Under the pieces are notes generated by a model, which was not told where the DNA came from, did no database searches, and was given only the letters and a program-made list of their open reading frames with translations. Below are positions 14,754 to 28,510 of a DNA stretch of 64,000 nucleotides, one piece after another (within the stretch, counting starts at the first letter, position 1; every line of letters begins with the position of its first letter). Position numbers and translations under genes: made by a program. The DNA is from the human T2T-CHM13v2.0 reference genome, Homo sapiens. The DNA lies in the NCBI GenBank assembly GCA_009914755.4, contig CP068257.2:5920001-5984000 (forward strand), in the 5' to 3' direction.

Positions 14754-17725
14754 ATTCCATTTCATTCCTTTCCATTCCATTCTGTTCCAGTCTTATACAC
14801 TCTGTTCCATTCCGTTCCACTCTACTCCATTCCACACCACTCCATTCCAATCCACTCCACACCATTCAATTCCACTCAACTCCACTCTACTCCTATCTAT
14901 TCCACTCCATTCCGTTCCAATCCACTCCATTCCACTCCATTCTACTACACTCCACTCCCCTCTTTTGCATTCCGTTCCATTCCATTCCTCTCCATTCCAT
15001 TCCATTCCATTCCGTTGCATTCCATTCTATTCTTGCACTCCACTACATTCCGTTCCCTTCCACTCCATTCCATTCCATTCCATTACACTCCAATTCATTC
15101 CAATCCATTCCACTCCAATCCAATCAAATCAACTCCATTCCATTCCATTCTATTCCAATCCATTCCTTTCAATTCCATTACATTACATTCCACTGCACTT
15201 CATTCCCATCCATTCCACTCCACTCCAATCAAATCAGCTCCATTCCATTCCATTCCATTCCATTCCAATCCATTCCATTCCATTCCATTCCCATCCACTC
15301 AAACCCACTCCAATCCACTCCAATCCACTCCATTCCATTTAATTCCACTCCTCTCCACTCAACTACATTCCACTCGATTCCATCCCACTCCACTGAAATC
15401 TATTCCACTCCAGTCCATCCACTCCATTCCACTTGATTTCACTGCATTCCACTCCATTCCAATCCAATCCATTCCATTCCATTCCATTCCATTCCATTCC
15501 ATTCCACTACAATCCATTCCACTCCATTCCACTGAACTACATTCCACTCCATTGCATTCCAATCCAATCCACTCCAATCCAGTCCTCTCCATTCCACTCC
15601 ATTCTATTCCACTACCTTTCTTTCCTCTCCATTCCATGCCATTTCTGTCCATTCCATTTCATTCGACTCCGTTCTGTTTAATTCCATTTTGTTCCATTCC
15701 ATTCCACTCCACTCCACTCCACTCCACTCCACTCCACTCCACTCCACTTTATTCCTTTCCATTCCATTCCATTCCATTTCATTCCACTCCACTCCATTGC
15801 ATTCCAGTCATCTTCACTCCATTGAATTCCATTTTATTCCACTCCACTCCATTCCATTCCATTTCACTCCATTCTATTCCAATCCACTCCATGCCACTGC
15901 ATTTCAATCCATTCCATTCCACTCCACTCCCCTTCATTCCATTCCATTCCAATCCATTCCAACCCATTCAATTCCATTATATTCCAATCCACTGCTTTCC
16001 ACTCCATTCCACAACACTCATTTCCATTCCACTCCTTTCCACTGCACTCCAGTCCGTTACATTCCACTCCACATCCGTCCACTCCATTCCATTCCACTCA
16101 ATTCCATCTCATTCCGTACCATTCCGCTGCATTCCGTTCAATTCCATTGCATTCCATTCCATTCCACTCCCTTCCATTCCATTCCATTTCTCTCCATTCC
16201 AATCCAATCTACTCTATTTCCTTCCATTCCATTCCACTCCATTCCATACGAAAACATTCCGCTCCACTCTCTTCCATTCCATTTCATTCCATTCCACTGC
16301 AATCCATTCCATTCCATTCCACTCCATTCCATTCCACTTCATTTCAGTGCACTCCTTTCCACTCCATTCCATTCCACTCCTTTCCATTCCATTCCACTCC
16401 TTTCCATTCCATTCCATTCAAATCCCCTCCTACCCAATCATTCCATTCCGTTCCATTCCATTCCATTCCATTCCTTTCCTTTCCTCTCCACCACATCTCA
16501 TTCCTTTGCATTCAATTCCAATACACTCCACTCCATTCCATTACACTACACTCCATTCCATTCCATTCCATTCCATATCATTCCATTCCAGTACACTATA
16601 CACTTTTGCATTCCATTCCATTCCACTCCATTCCACTCCACTCCATTCCATTCCATTCCCCCACACTCCATTCCATTCCATTCCAATCTACTCCGTTCCA
16701 CTCCACTCTATTCCAATGCATTCAACTCCATTCCATCACCCTGCATTCCATTCCACTTCATACCATTCCACTCCAATCCATTCCATTCCATTCCATTCCA
16801 TTCCACTCCGCTCCATTCCATGCCATTCCACTCCATTCAATTCCAGTCCACTCCTCTCCTTTACATTCCTATCCACTTCATTCCATTCTTTCCATTCCAT
16901 TGCATTCCGTTCCATTCTATTCCATTCCATAAAATTCCTTTCCATTCCTCTAATCTCCATTCCATTCATTTCCAGTGCATTCCATTCCACTCCATTCCAT
17001 TGCAATCCATTCCACTCCATTCCAATGCAATCCATTCCATTCCATTCCATTCCATTCCATTCCCTTTGATTCCACTCCTCTCCATTCCATTCCACTCCAC
17101 TCAATTCCATTCCATTCCATTCCATTCCATTCCATTCCATTCCATTCCATTCCATTGCATTCCTTTGAATTCCATTACTTTCCACTCCACTCCATTATAT
17201 TTCATTCCAATCAATCCCACTCCACTAAACTCTACTCCATTCCATTCCATTTCATTCCATAATATTCCACTCTACCCAATTCCATTCCACTCTACGGCAC
17301 TCCATTCCATTGCATTCCATTTCATTCCATCCCATTCCATTCCTTTGCTCTCCACTCCTTTCCATTCTATTACACTACATTCCATTCCAATCTACTCCAC
17401 TTCACTACGTTCGACTCCATTCCATTCCACTCCACTCACCTCCTCTCCATTCCTATCTATTCCATTCCATTTCATTTCATTCCATTCCTTTCCACTCCAC
17501 TCCAAACAATTCCATTCCATGCCTTTCCATTCCATTCCATTTCATTCCATTTCCCTCCATTCCCCTCCATTCTAATCCAATTCAGTACACTCTATTCCAC
17601 TCCATTCCACTCCATCACATTCCATTCCATTCGGTTCCATAGCTATCCTTTCCATTCCATTCCAATCTATTCCATATCACTTCTCTCCACTCTTTTAATC
17701 TCTCCTCCATTTCATTCCATTTCTT

Positions 17726-17788
17726 TCCATTCCATTCCATTCCATTCCATTCCATTCCATTCCATTCCATTCCATTCCATTCCATTCC
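17726..17788. repeat. Example of a perfect (CATTC)n tract (~12.5 uninterrupted units); similar pure tracts at ~13,841-13,890, ~42,008-42,060, ~44,486-44,542 and ~63,520-63,570
   Basis: Uninterrupted ccattccattcc... runs of 50-65 bp. Confidence 0.85.
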
Positions 17789-20700
17789 ACTCCACTCCAT
17801 TCCACTCCATTCCACTCCACTCCATTCCACTCCATTCCATTCCACTCCAATCCATTCCACTCCGTTCCATTCCACTCCATCTCCTCCTCTCCAATCCTTT
17901 CCATTCCGTTCCATTCTTTTTCATTGCATTCCATTCCATTCCATTCCAATCCACTCCGTTCCATTCCATTCCACTCCACTGCATTCCATTCCATTGCATT
18001 CCAATCCATTCCATTGCATTCCATTTCATTCCATTATATGCCACTCCATTCCATTTCACTCAATTCCATTCCACTACAATCCGTTCAATTCCGTACCATT
18101 CCACTGCACTCCACTCCACTCCTTTCCACCCCATTCCATTCCATTACATTCCCCTCCACTCCACCCCATTCCATTCAACTGCACTCCATTCTATTCCACT
18201 CCCCTCCTTTCCATTCCCTTCCATTCGATTCCATTCCATTCCCCTCCATTCCACTCCACTGCATACTATTCCATTCCATTCCAATCCATTCCCCTCCACT
18301 TCACTCTATTCCTTTCCACACCTTTCCCCTCCACTCAACTCCATTCCACTCTATTCCTTTCTTATCTATTTCATTCCAGTCCATTCCTTTTTACTCCACT
18401 CGAATCCATTCCTCTCCACTCCACCCCATTCATTTCCACTCCACTCCATTCTACTCCATTCCATTCCATTCCATTCCACTCCATTCCATTACATTCCTCT
18501 CCACTGCATTCCAGTCCATTCCACTCCATTCCCTACCATTCCATTAAATTCCACTCCATTCCATTCCATTCCTCTCCATTGCATTCCAGTCCATTCCACT
18601 CCATTCCCTACCATTCCATTAAACTCCACTCCATTCCATCGCATTTCATTCCACTCCAATCCCCTCCTCTGCATTTCATTCCATTCCCTTCTATTCCAAT
18701 CCATTCCATTCCATTCACCTCCGCTTTATGTCGTTCCATTCCACTCCATTCCATTCCTTTCCATTCCATTCCAATTCCTTTCACTCCCCTGCACACCATT
18801 CCATTCCACTCCACTCCATCCCACTCCATACCACTCCGTTCCACTACACTCCATTCCATTCCATTCCATTACACTACACTCCGTTCCATTTCATTCCACT
18901 ACACTCCATTCCACTCTATTCCTATCCACACCAAACCATTCCACTTCACACCATTCCATTCCATTCCATTGCACTACACTTCATTCCAGCTCATTTAACT
19001 CCATTCCATTCCACTCCACTCAACTCCATTCGATACCACTCCATTCCTTTCCATTCCATTCCATTCCACAACACTCCATTGCATTCCATTCCATTTATCT
19101 CCATTCCATTCCTCTCCATTCCACTCAATTGCATTCTATTCCATTCTTTCCATTCCATTTATTTCAATTCTATTCCACTCCACTCCATTCCATTCCTTTC
19201 CACTCCACTCCATTCCACTCCATTCCATTCCATTCCATTCCATTCCATTCCATTCCATTTCATTCAATAAAAATCCACTCGATCCCACTCCACTCCCTTC
19301 CACTCGATTCTACTAAACTCCGTTCCATTCCATTCTACTCCACACAACTCTGTTCAATTCCATTCCATTCCACTCGATTAAATTCCAGTGCACAACTTTA
19401 CACTCCAATCCACTCGAATCCATTCTATTACATTCCTTTAAACTCCAATCCATTCCATTACATTCCACTCCACTCCGTTCCACTCCATTCATTTCCACTC
19501 CACTGCACTCCATTCCACTGCATTCCTTTCCACTCCATTCCATTCCAATCCATTGTGGTCCATTTCATTCCACTCCAATCCACTCCACTACACTGCATTC
19601 CATTCTGCTCCAATCCATTCCATTCCATTCCATTCCATTCCATTCCATTCCGTTCAATTTCGTCCAATCCACCGTACTTCACTCAACTCCACTCCACTCC
19701 GCTCCACTCCATTCCATTCCATTTCTTTCCATTCCTTTCCATTTTATACCACTCCAAACAATTCCATTCCACTAAACCCCACTACAATACATTCTTATCC
19801 ATTTTATTCCATTCCATTACATCACATTCCACTCATTTCAATTCCACTCCTTTCCATTCCATTCCATTGCACTCAATTCCAGTCCACTGCACTCCAATAC
19901 ATTCCACTCCATTTTATTCCACTCCACTTCCGTCCTCTCCTTTACATTCCATTCCATTCCATTGGATTCCAATCCATTCCATTTCGTACCATTCCATTCC
20001 ATTCCATTCCACTCCACTCCAATCCATTCCTCTCCACTCCATTGCATTCCATTCCATTCCATTCCATTCCTTTCCATTCCATTCCACTGCACTCCTCTCC
20101 ATTCCTTTCCACTCCACTGAACTCCAATCCTTTCCACTACATTCCATTCCATTCCATTCCATTCCATACCACAGCATTCCATTGGATTCCACTGCATTCC
20201 ATTCCATTCCATTCCTTTCCATTCCATTCCATTCCATTGCATTCCATTCCTTTCCATTCCATTCCATTCCATTGCATTCCATTCCATTCCTTTCCATTCC
20301 ATTCCATTCCATTGCATTCCATTCCATTCCCTTCACCTCCATTCCATTTGATTCCACTCCACTCTTTTCCATTCCATTCCCTTCCCTTCCAATCCATTCC
20401 ACTCCATTCCTTTACATTCCTTTCCGTTCCATTCCACTCCACTGCACTGTATTCCATTCCACCCCACGCCTTTTGATTCCATTGCAATCCATTCCACTGC
20501 ACTCTCTTCCATTCCATTCTACTCCATTCCACTCCACTCCATCCCACTCCATTCCATTCATTCCATTCCATTGCACTCCATTCCATTCCACTCCACTCCA
20601 CTCCATTGGATTCCATTCCTTTGCATATGTTTCCACTCCATTTCACTCCACTCCTCCACTCCGTCCATTCCATTCAACTCCACTCCATTCTACTCCATTC

Positions 20701-22139
20701 TATTCCACTCCACTCCAGTCCATTCCATTCCACTGCATTCCATCCCTCTCCATTCCATTCAACTCGACACCATTCCTTTGCATTACACTCCACTCCACTC
20801 CATTCCACTCTACTCCATTCAATACCATTCAATTGCATTCAACACCACAACATTCCACTGCACTCCACAACTTTCCATTCCATTCCACTACACTCTATTC
20901 CTCTCCAATCCATTCCACTCCACTCTACCCTTTTCCATTCCACTCAATTCCATTCCACTAAATTCCATTCCACTCCACTCCACTCCATTGCATTTCATTG
21001 CATTCCACTCCACTCACTTCCATTCTATTCCCCACCACTCCACTCCATTCCATTCCATCCCATCCAATTCTACTCCATTCCATTCCATTCCTTTCCATTG
21101 AATTCCATTCTATTCCACTCCACCCCATTCCACCCCATTCCATTTCTTTCCATTCCATTCCATTCCTTTCCATTCCATTCCACTAAATACCATTCCTTTC
21201 CACTCCAATACATTCCATTCCGGTCCACTCCATTCCATTCCATTCCTTTCCATTCCATTCCATTCCTTTCCTTTACATTGATTTCCAATTCATTCTACTC
21301 CACTCCATTCCATTCCATTCCACTCCACTCCATTCCGTTCCATTCCACTCGACCCAACTCCACTCCACTCGATTCCATTCCATTCCATTCCATTCCATTC
21401 TCTTCCACTTCACTCAATTCCATTCCACTCCACACCACTCTGTTCCGTTCCATTCCTTTTCTTTCCATTTCATTCCATTCCATTCAATTCCATTCCTTTC
21501 CATTCCGTTCCATTCCAATTGTTGCCAATCCAATCAACTACATTCCGTTTAAATCCCCGCAAATCAAGTACATTCCACTCCATTCCATTCCACTGCACTA
21601 ACATACACTCCATTCCGTTTCATTTACTTGTATTCCACTCCACTGCACTCCACTCCCTTCCACTCCACTCCATTCCATTCGATTCAGTTTCATTCTATTA
21701 CATTCCACTCCACTCCATTCCATTCCACTCCCTTCCACTCCACTCCACAGCATTCCACTTCATTCCATTCCATTCCACTCGATTCCATCCCGTTCCAATC
21801 CATTCCATTTCACTCCACTCCACTTCATTCCACTCCACTCCATTGCATTCCACTCCATTCCATTGCATTCCATTTCATTCCATTCCAATCCATTCCATTC
21901 CATTCCATTCCACTTCAGTTCAGCCATTCTGTTCCACTCCACTCCATTCCAATGCATTCCAATCCATTCCATTGCATTCCATTCCATTACATTCCATTCC
22001 AATCCATTCCATTCCATTCCAATCAACTCAATTCCATTCATTTTCATTCCATTCCACTCCACTCTATTCCATTCGTTAGCATTCCATTAGATTGCATTCC
22101 ATTCCATTCCAATCCATTCTATTCCACTCCATTCCATTC

Positions 22140-22300
22140 CATTCCACTGCACTCCATTCCATTCAATTTCATTCCACTCCACTTCATTACATTCCATTCA
22201 ATTCCAATCCATTCCATTCCATTCCACTTCACTCCATTCCATTCAATTTCATTCCACTCCACTTCATTACATTCCATTCAATTCCAATCCATTCCATTCC
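22140..22300. repeat. Local tandem duplication, 2 x ~75 bp
   Basis: 'ccattccattcaatttcattccactccacttcattacattccattcaattccaatccattccattcc' occurs twice. Confidence 0.75.
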
Positions 22301-25300
22301 ACTCACTTCCATTCCATACCATTCGAGTCCATTCCACTCCGCTCCGTTTCATTTCATTCTACTCCATTCCATTTCACTCCACTCCAATCCATTCCATTCC
22401 ACTGCATTCAATTCCAATCCATACCGTTCCACTCCACTCCCTTCCATTCCATTCCATTCTACTCCACTCCACTCAACTACATTCCACTCCATTCCATTTC
22501 AATCCATGCCCATCCACTCCTTTAGATTCCATTCATTTCTATTCCATTTCATTCCATTCCACTCCATTTCATTGCATTCACATACACGCCACTCCATCCC
22601 ACTCCATTCCATTCCATTCCACTCCATTCCATTCCATTCCATTCCATTCCATTCCATTCCATTCCATTCCATTCCATTGCATTCCATTCTACTCCATTCT
22701 ATTCCATTCCACCCATTCCATTCCATTCCATTCCATTCCACTGCATTCCTTTCCATTCCATTGAATTCCACTGAACTCTATTCCATTCCAGTACACTCGA
22801 CCGCATTCGAATCCGCTCCACTCCCTTCCATTCCATTGCATTCTTTTCTACTCCACTCACTTCCATTCCACTCCTCCCCAATCGATTCCTTTACATTCCA
22901 TTCCATTCCATTCCATTCCATTGCTTTCCATTCCATTCCACTCCACTCCTCTCTTTTCCATTCCACTCCACTATGCTCTACTCCACTCTATTGCATTCCA
23001 TTCCACTCTACTCCACTCCACTCACTACTATTCCACTCCACCCCAACCGATTCGTTTCCATTCCATTCCACTTCATTCCATTCCATTCCATTCCATTCCA
23101 TCCTTCTACATTCCACTCTATTCCATTCCATTCCGTTTCACTCCACTCCAGTTCATTTCACTCCACTCCACTACATTCCTTTGCATTCCATTCCATTGCA
23201 ATTCACTCCACTCCATTCCACTCCACTCCACCCATCTACACTCTATTCCACTCCTTTCCACTCCTTTCCATTCAATTCCATTGCATTCCATTGCATTCCA
23301 CTCCATGGAATTCCATTCGATATCACTTCACTCAATTCCATTCCATTCCACTCGACCCCACTCCACTCGACTCCACTCCATTCCATTCCATTTCTTCCAC
23401 TCCACTCAATTCCATTTCACTCCACTCCACTCCATTCATTCCATTCCATTCCATTCCATTCCATTCCACACATTTCCATTCCCTTTCACTACATTCCTTT
23501 CCAATCCACTCAACTCCACTATATTCCACTCCATTTCATTCAATTCCACACCCCTCCTCTCCATTCCATCAATTCCATTCCACTCCACTCCATTTCACTC
23601 CACTGCTTTCAATTCAATTCCATTCCTTTAAATTCCATTCCACTCCACTCTACTCCGTTCCATTCCACTCTACTCTACTCCACTCTATACCAATCCATTC
23701 AAACTCATTCCACTGCACTACACTTCATTGCACTCCATTCCATTCCATTCCTTTCCATTCTACCACACACAGATCCAATGCATTGCACTCTACTGCATTG
23801 CACTCCACTCCATTCCAATCAACTCAACTCCATTCCATTCCACTCCATTCCAATCCACTCCATACCATTCCACTCCACTCCACTCCACTCCATTCCATTC
23901 CATTCCATTCCACTCCACTCCATTTCATTCCATTCCATTCCATTCCATTCCACTCCACTCCATTCCATTCCATTGCATTCCATTCCACGCCACTCTGTTC
24001 CACTCCACTGCAGTCCAATCCATTCCACTCCACTCCATGCCGTTCCATTCCACTCCAATCCATCCCATTCCATTCCATTCCGTTACACTCCATTCCATTT
24101 CATTCGAATACACTCCGTTCCATTCCATTCCACTACACTCCGTTTCATTGCATACCACTCCATTCCACTCCATTCCATTCCATTCCATTCCATTCCACTA
24201 CACTCCGTTCCGTTCCATACCACTCCATTCCACTCCATTCCTTTCCATTCCATTCCATTCCATTCCATTCCATTCCATTCCCTTATACTCTGTTCCATTC
24301 CATACCACTCCATTCCACTGCACTCCATTCCATTCCGTTCCATTCCATTTCACTCCATTGCTTTCCATTCCATTCCATTCCATTCTTCTCTATTCCATTC
24401 CATTCCATTCCACTACACTCCGTTCCATTCTATTACATTCAATTCCACTATACTCCATTCCATTCTGTTACATTCAATTCCACTACCCTCCGTTTCATTC
24501 CATACCACTCCATGCCACTCAATTCCATTCCATTCCATTCCATTCCATTCCATTCCTTTCCACTACACTCTGTTCCTTTCCATACCACTCCATTCCAATC
24601 CACTCCATTCCATTCCATTCCATTCCATTCCATTCCATTCCATTCCATTCCATTCCATACCAGTCCATTCCAAACCACTCCATTCCATTCCATTCCATTA
24701 CATTTCACTCCATTCCATTCCATTGCAGCACACTCAATTTCTCTCCACTCCGTTCCACTGCATTCCAATCCACTCCACTCCATTCCCTTCCACTACAATC
24801 GATTCCATTCTATTCCATTCCATTTCACTCTATTCCACTCCATTACACACCACTCAATTCCACTCCACTCCAGTCCATTCCTCTACACTCTACTCCATTC
24901 CATTCGATTGCATTACACTCCATTCCATTCCACTGCACTCGACTCCACTCCACTCCTTTCCATTTTATTCCATTGAATTCCATTCCACTCGACACCATTC
25001 CATTCCATTCCATTCCATCCCATTCCATGCCATGCGAATCCATTCCATTCTATTACACTCCATTATATTCCGTACCGTTCCATTCCACTCCATATCATAG
25101 CATACCACTCCACTCCATTCCATTACACTCCATTCCATTCCAATCCATTCATTTCCAATCCAGTCCACTGGAATCCATTCCATTCCATTCCACTGCATTC
25201 CATTCCATTCCACTCCATTCCACTCCATTGCATTCCATTCCATTCCTTTCCATTCCATTCCATTCCATTCCTTTCCATTCCATTCCATTTCACTGATCTC

Positions 25301-26426
25301 CATTCCATTCCACTGAATACTATTCCAATCCATTCCATTCCTTTATATCCTTTAAATTCCCTTCAATTTCAGTCCTCTCCACTCCATTCCAATACATTCC
25401 ATTGCATTCCATTCCACTCCATTGCATTCTATTCCGTTTCATTCCCTACAACTTTATTCCATTCCATTCAACTCCACATTAATCGAGTCCAATCCACTCC
25501 ACTCCATTCCATTCCATTGCCTTCCATTCCATTCCATTCCATTCCATTCCACTCCATTTCACTCTATTCAATAACAGTGCATTCCTATCCATTCCATCCC
25601 ATTCCACTCCTCTCCATTCTATTCCACTCCATTGCATTCCATTCTGCTCCACTCCACTTCATACCATAGCATTCCACTGTACTCCACTCCATTCCACTCG
25701 CTTCCACTCCAATCCATTCCACAAGATTCCATTCCACGCCAGACCACACCATTCCATTCCATTCCAATCATATACATTTCACTCCATTCCTTTCAATTCA
25801 TTTCCACTCCACTCATTTATATTCCATTCCACCCCACACCCCTCCTCTCCATTCCTTTCCATTACCTGCCACTCCACTCCACTCCATTCCATTCCACTCC
25901 ACTCCATTCCATGCCATTCAATTCCATTCCAATGCACTGCTTTCCATTCAATTCCATTCCATTACACTCCACTTCATTCCATTCCACTCAATTCCGCTAT
26001 TTTCCATTCCATGCCACTGCATTCCATTCCATTGAATTCTTTTCCATTCCACTCCATGCCATTGCATTCCATTCCACTCCACTCCATTCCACTGGATTCC
26101 TTTCCATTTTATTCCATTACTTTCCATTCCATTTCATTCAATTACAATCTAATCGACCACACTCCACTCCATACCATTCCTTTCCCTTCCACTTCATTCA
26201 AATCCATTCCACTGCATTCTGTTCCATTCCATACAATTCCACTCTATTGCGTTACACTCCATTCCATTCCATGCCATCCCTCCCCATTCCATTCCACTCC
26301 ATTTCATTCCATTCCACTCCATTTCATTTCATTCCATTCCATTCCATTCCTGTCCAATCCTATCCAAACCACTCCATTGCAATCCACTACGCTGCATTGC
26401 ATTCCATTCCATTCCATTCCAAATTT

Positions 26427-26985
26427 CATTCCACTCGACTCATCTCCACTCCACTCCATTACACTCCATTCCATTCGATTCCATTCCTTTCCTTTCTATT
26501 CCAATCCACTCAATTCCATTCCTCCCCACCCCAATCCATTCTATTCATTTCCATTTCATGCCATTCCATTTCTTTCCATTAAACTCCTTTATATTCCATT
26601 CCATTACATTCCATTATAATCCACTGCACTCCACTACATTCCACTCCATTCCATTCCAACCCACTCTCCTCCTCTCCATTTCATTCCATTCCATTCTATT
26701 GAATTTCTTTCCACTCGACTCATCTCCACTCCACTCCATTCCACTCCATTCCATTCCATTCCATTCCATTCCTTTCTATTCCAATCCACTCAAGTCCATT
26801 CCTCCCCACCCCAATCCATTCTACTCCTTTCCATTTCATGCCATTCCATTTCTTTCCATTAAACTCCTTTACATTCCATTGCACTACATTCCATTATTGT
26901 CCATTCCTCTCCACTATATTCCACTCCATTCCATTCCACCCCACTCCCTTCCTCTCCATTTCATTCCATTCCATTCCATTCCATT
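26427..26985. repeat. Tandem duplication of a ~280-bp complex module (2 copies)
   Basis: The module 'ccactcgactcatctccactcc...ttctattccaatccactcaa(t/g)tccattcctccccaccccaatccattcta...ccatttcatgccattccatttctttccattaaactcctttа'-type starts at 26,427 and again at 26,706. Confidence 0.8.
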
Positions 26986-28232
26986 CCAATCCACTCCATT
27001 CCTCTCCAAACCATTCTGCTCAATTCCATTCCACTGCATTCAATTCCATTCCATGCCATTCCATTCCATTCATTTCCCTTCCATTCCATTCCACTCCACT
27101 CCTTTCCACTCTATTCCATTCCATTCCATTCCATTCCATTCCATTCCTTTCCATTCCCCTGCATTCCATACCACTCCATTCCACTCCACTTAACTCCATT
27201 CCACTCAATTCCATTCCACTAGACTCCACTCCATTGCATTCCACTCCATTCCATTCTACTCCAATCCATTCCACTCCATTCCAGGCCGTTCCATTCCATT
27301 CCATTCCACTCCATAAAACTCCAATCCATTCCACTCCACTCCATTCCATTCCACTCCATTCCATTCCATTCCACTCCATTCCATTCCATTCCATTCCATT
27401 CCATTCCATTCCATTCCTTTCCATTCCTTTCCCTTCCATTCCATTCCATTCCATTCCTTTCCATTCCTTTCCCTTCCATTCCATTCCACTACATTCCATT
27501 CCATTTTACACCTCTCCAATCCAATCCATTCCATTCCATTCCACTGTATTCCAGTCCTTTCCACTCCACTCCATTTGAATTCACTCCACTCCAATCCGTT
27601 CCATTCCATTCCATTTCTTTCCTTTGGATTCCTTTACACCCCACGCCATTCAACTTCATTCCACTCCACTCCACTCCATTCCTCTCCAATCCATTCCATT
27701 TCATTTCATTCCATTCCACTATACTCGGTTCCTTTTCATTCAACTCTACTCCACTCCTGATCATTCCATTCCACTCTACTCTATTTCACACTATTCCATT
27801 CTACTCAACTCTTCTCAATTCCATTCCACTCCATTCCATTCCATTCCATTCCACTCCATTCCATTCCACTCCACTCCAATCCATTCCATTAAATTCCACT
27901 TCACTGTATTCCACTCCACTCCATTCCACTACACACCCCTCATTTCCATTCCATTCCGTTCCATTCCATTCCACTCCATTCCATTCCACTCTATTCCATT
28001 CCATTCCATTCATTCCACTCCTCTTAATTCCATTCCATTCCATACAACTCCATTCCATTCCACTCCACTCTACTCCAATCCATTCCACTCCATTCCATTC
28101 CATTCCATTCCTGCCCGTTCCATTCCACTCCATTCCATTCCATTCCTTTCCGTTCCATTCCCTTCCACTCCAGTCCAATCCAATCCACTGCATTCCACTC
28201 CATTCCATTTCATTCCATTCCGTTGAATTTCA

Positions 28233-28510
28233 TTCCACTCGACTCATCTCCACTCTTCTCCATTCCACTCCATTCCATTCCATTCCATTCCTTACCTTTC
28301 TATTCCAATCCACTCAATTCCATTCCACCCCATCCCAGTCCATTCTATTCCTCTCCATTTCATGTCATTCCATTATTTTCCATTGCATTCCTTCCTATTC
28401 CATTCCACTACATTGCATTATAATCCACTGCACTCCACTACGTTCCACTCCATTCCATTCCACCCCAATCCCCTCCTCCCCATTCCATTCCATTTCATTC
28501 CACTCCAATC
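28233..28510. repeat. Third, dispersed copy of the 280-bp module (1,527 bp downstream of copy 2)
   Basis: 'cattccactcgactcatctccactcttctccattcc...ttctattccaatccactcaattccattccaccccatcccagtccattctattcctctccatttcatgtcattcc'. The peptides FYSNPLNSIPPHP.PFYS.PFH.IP recur in the + strand ORFs. Confidence 0.75.
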
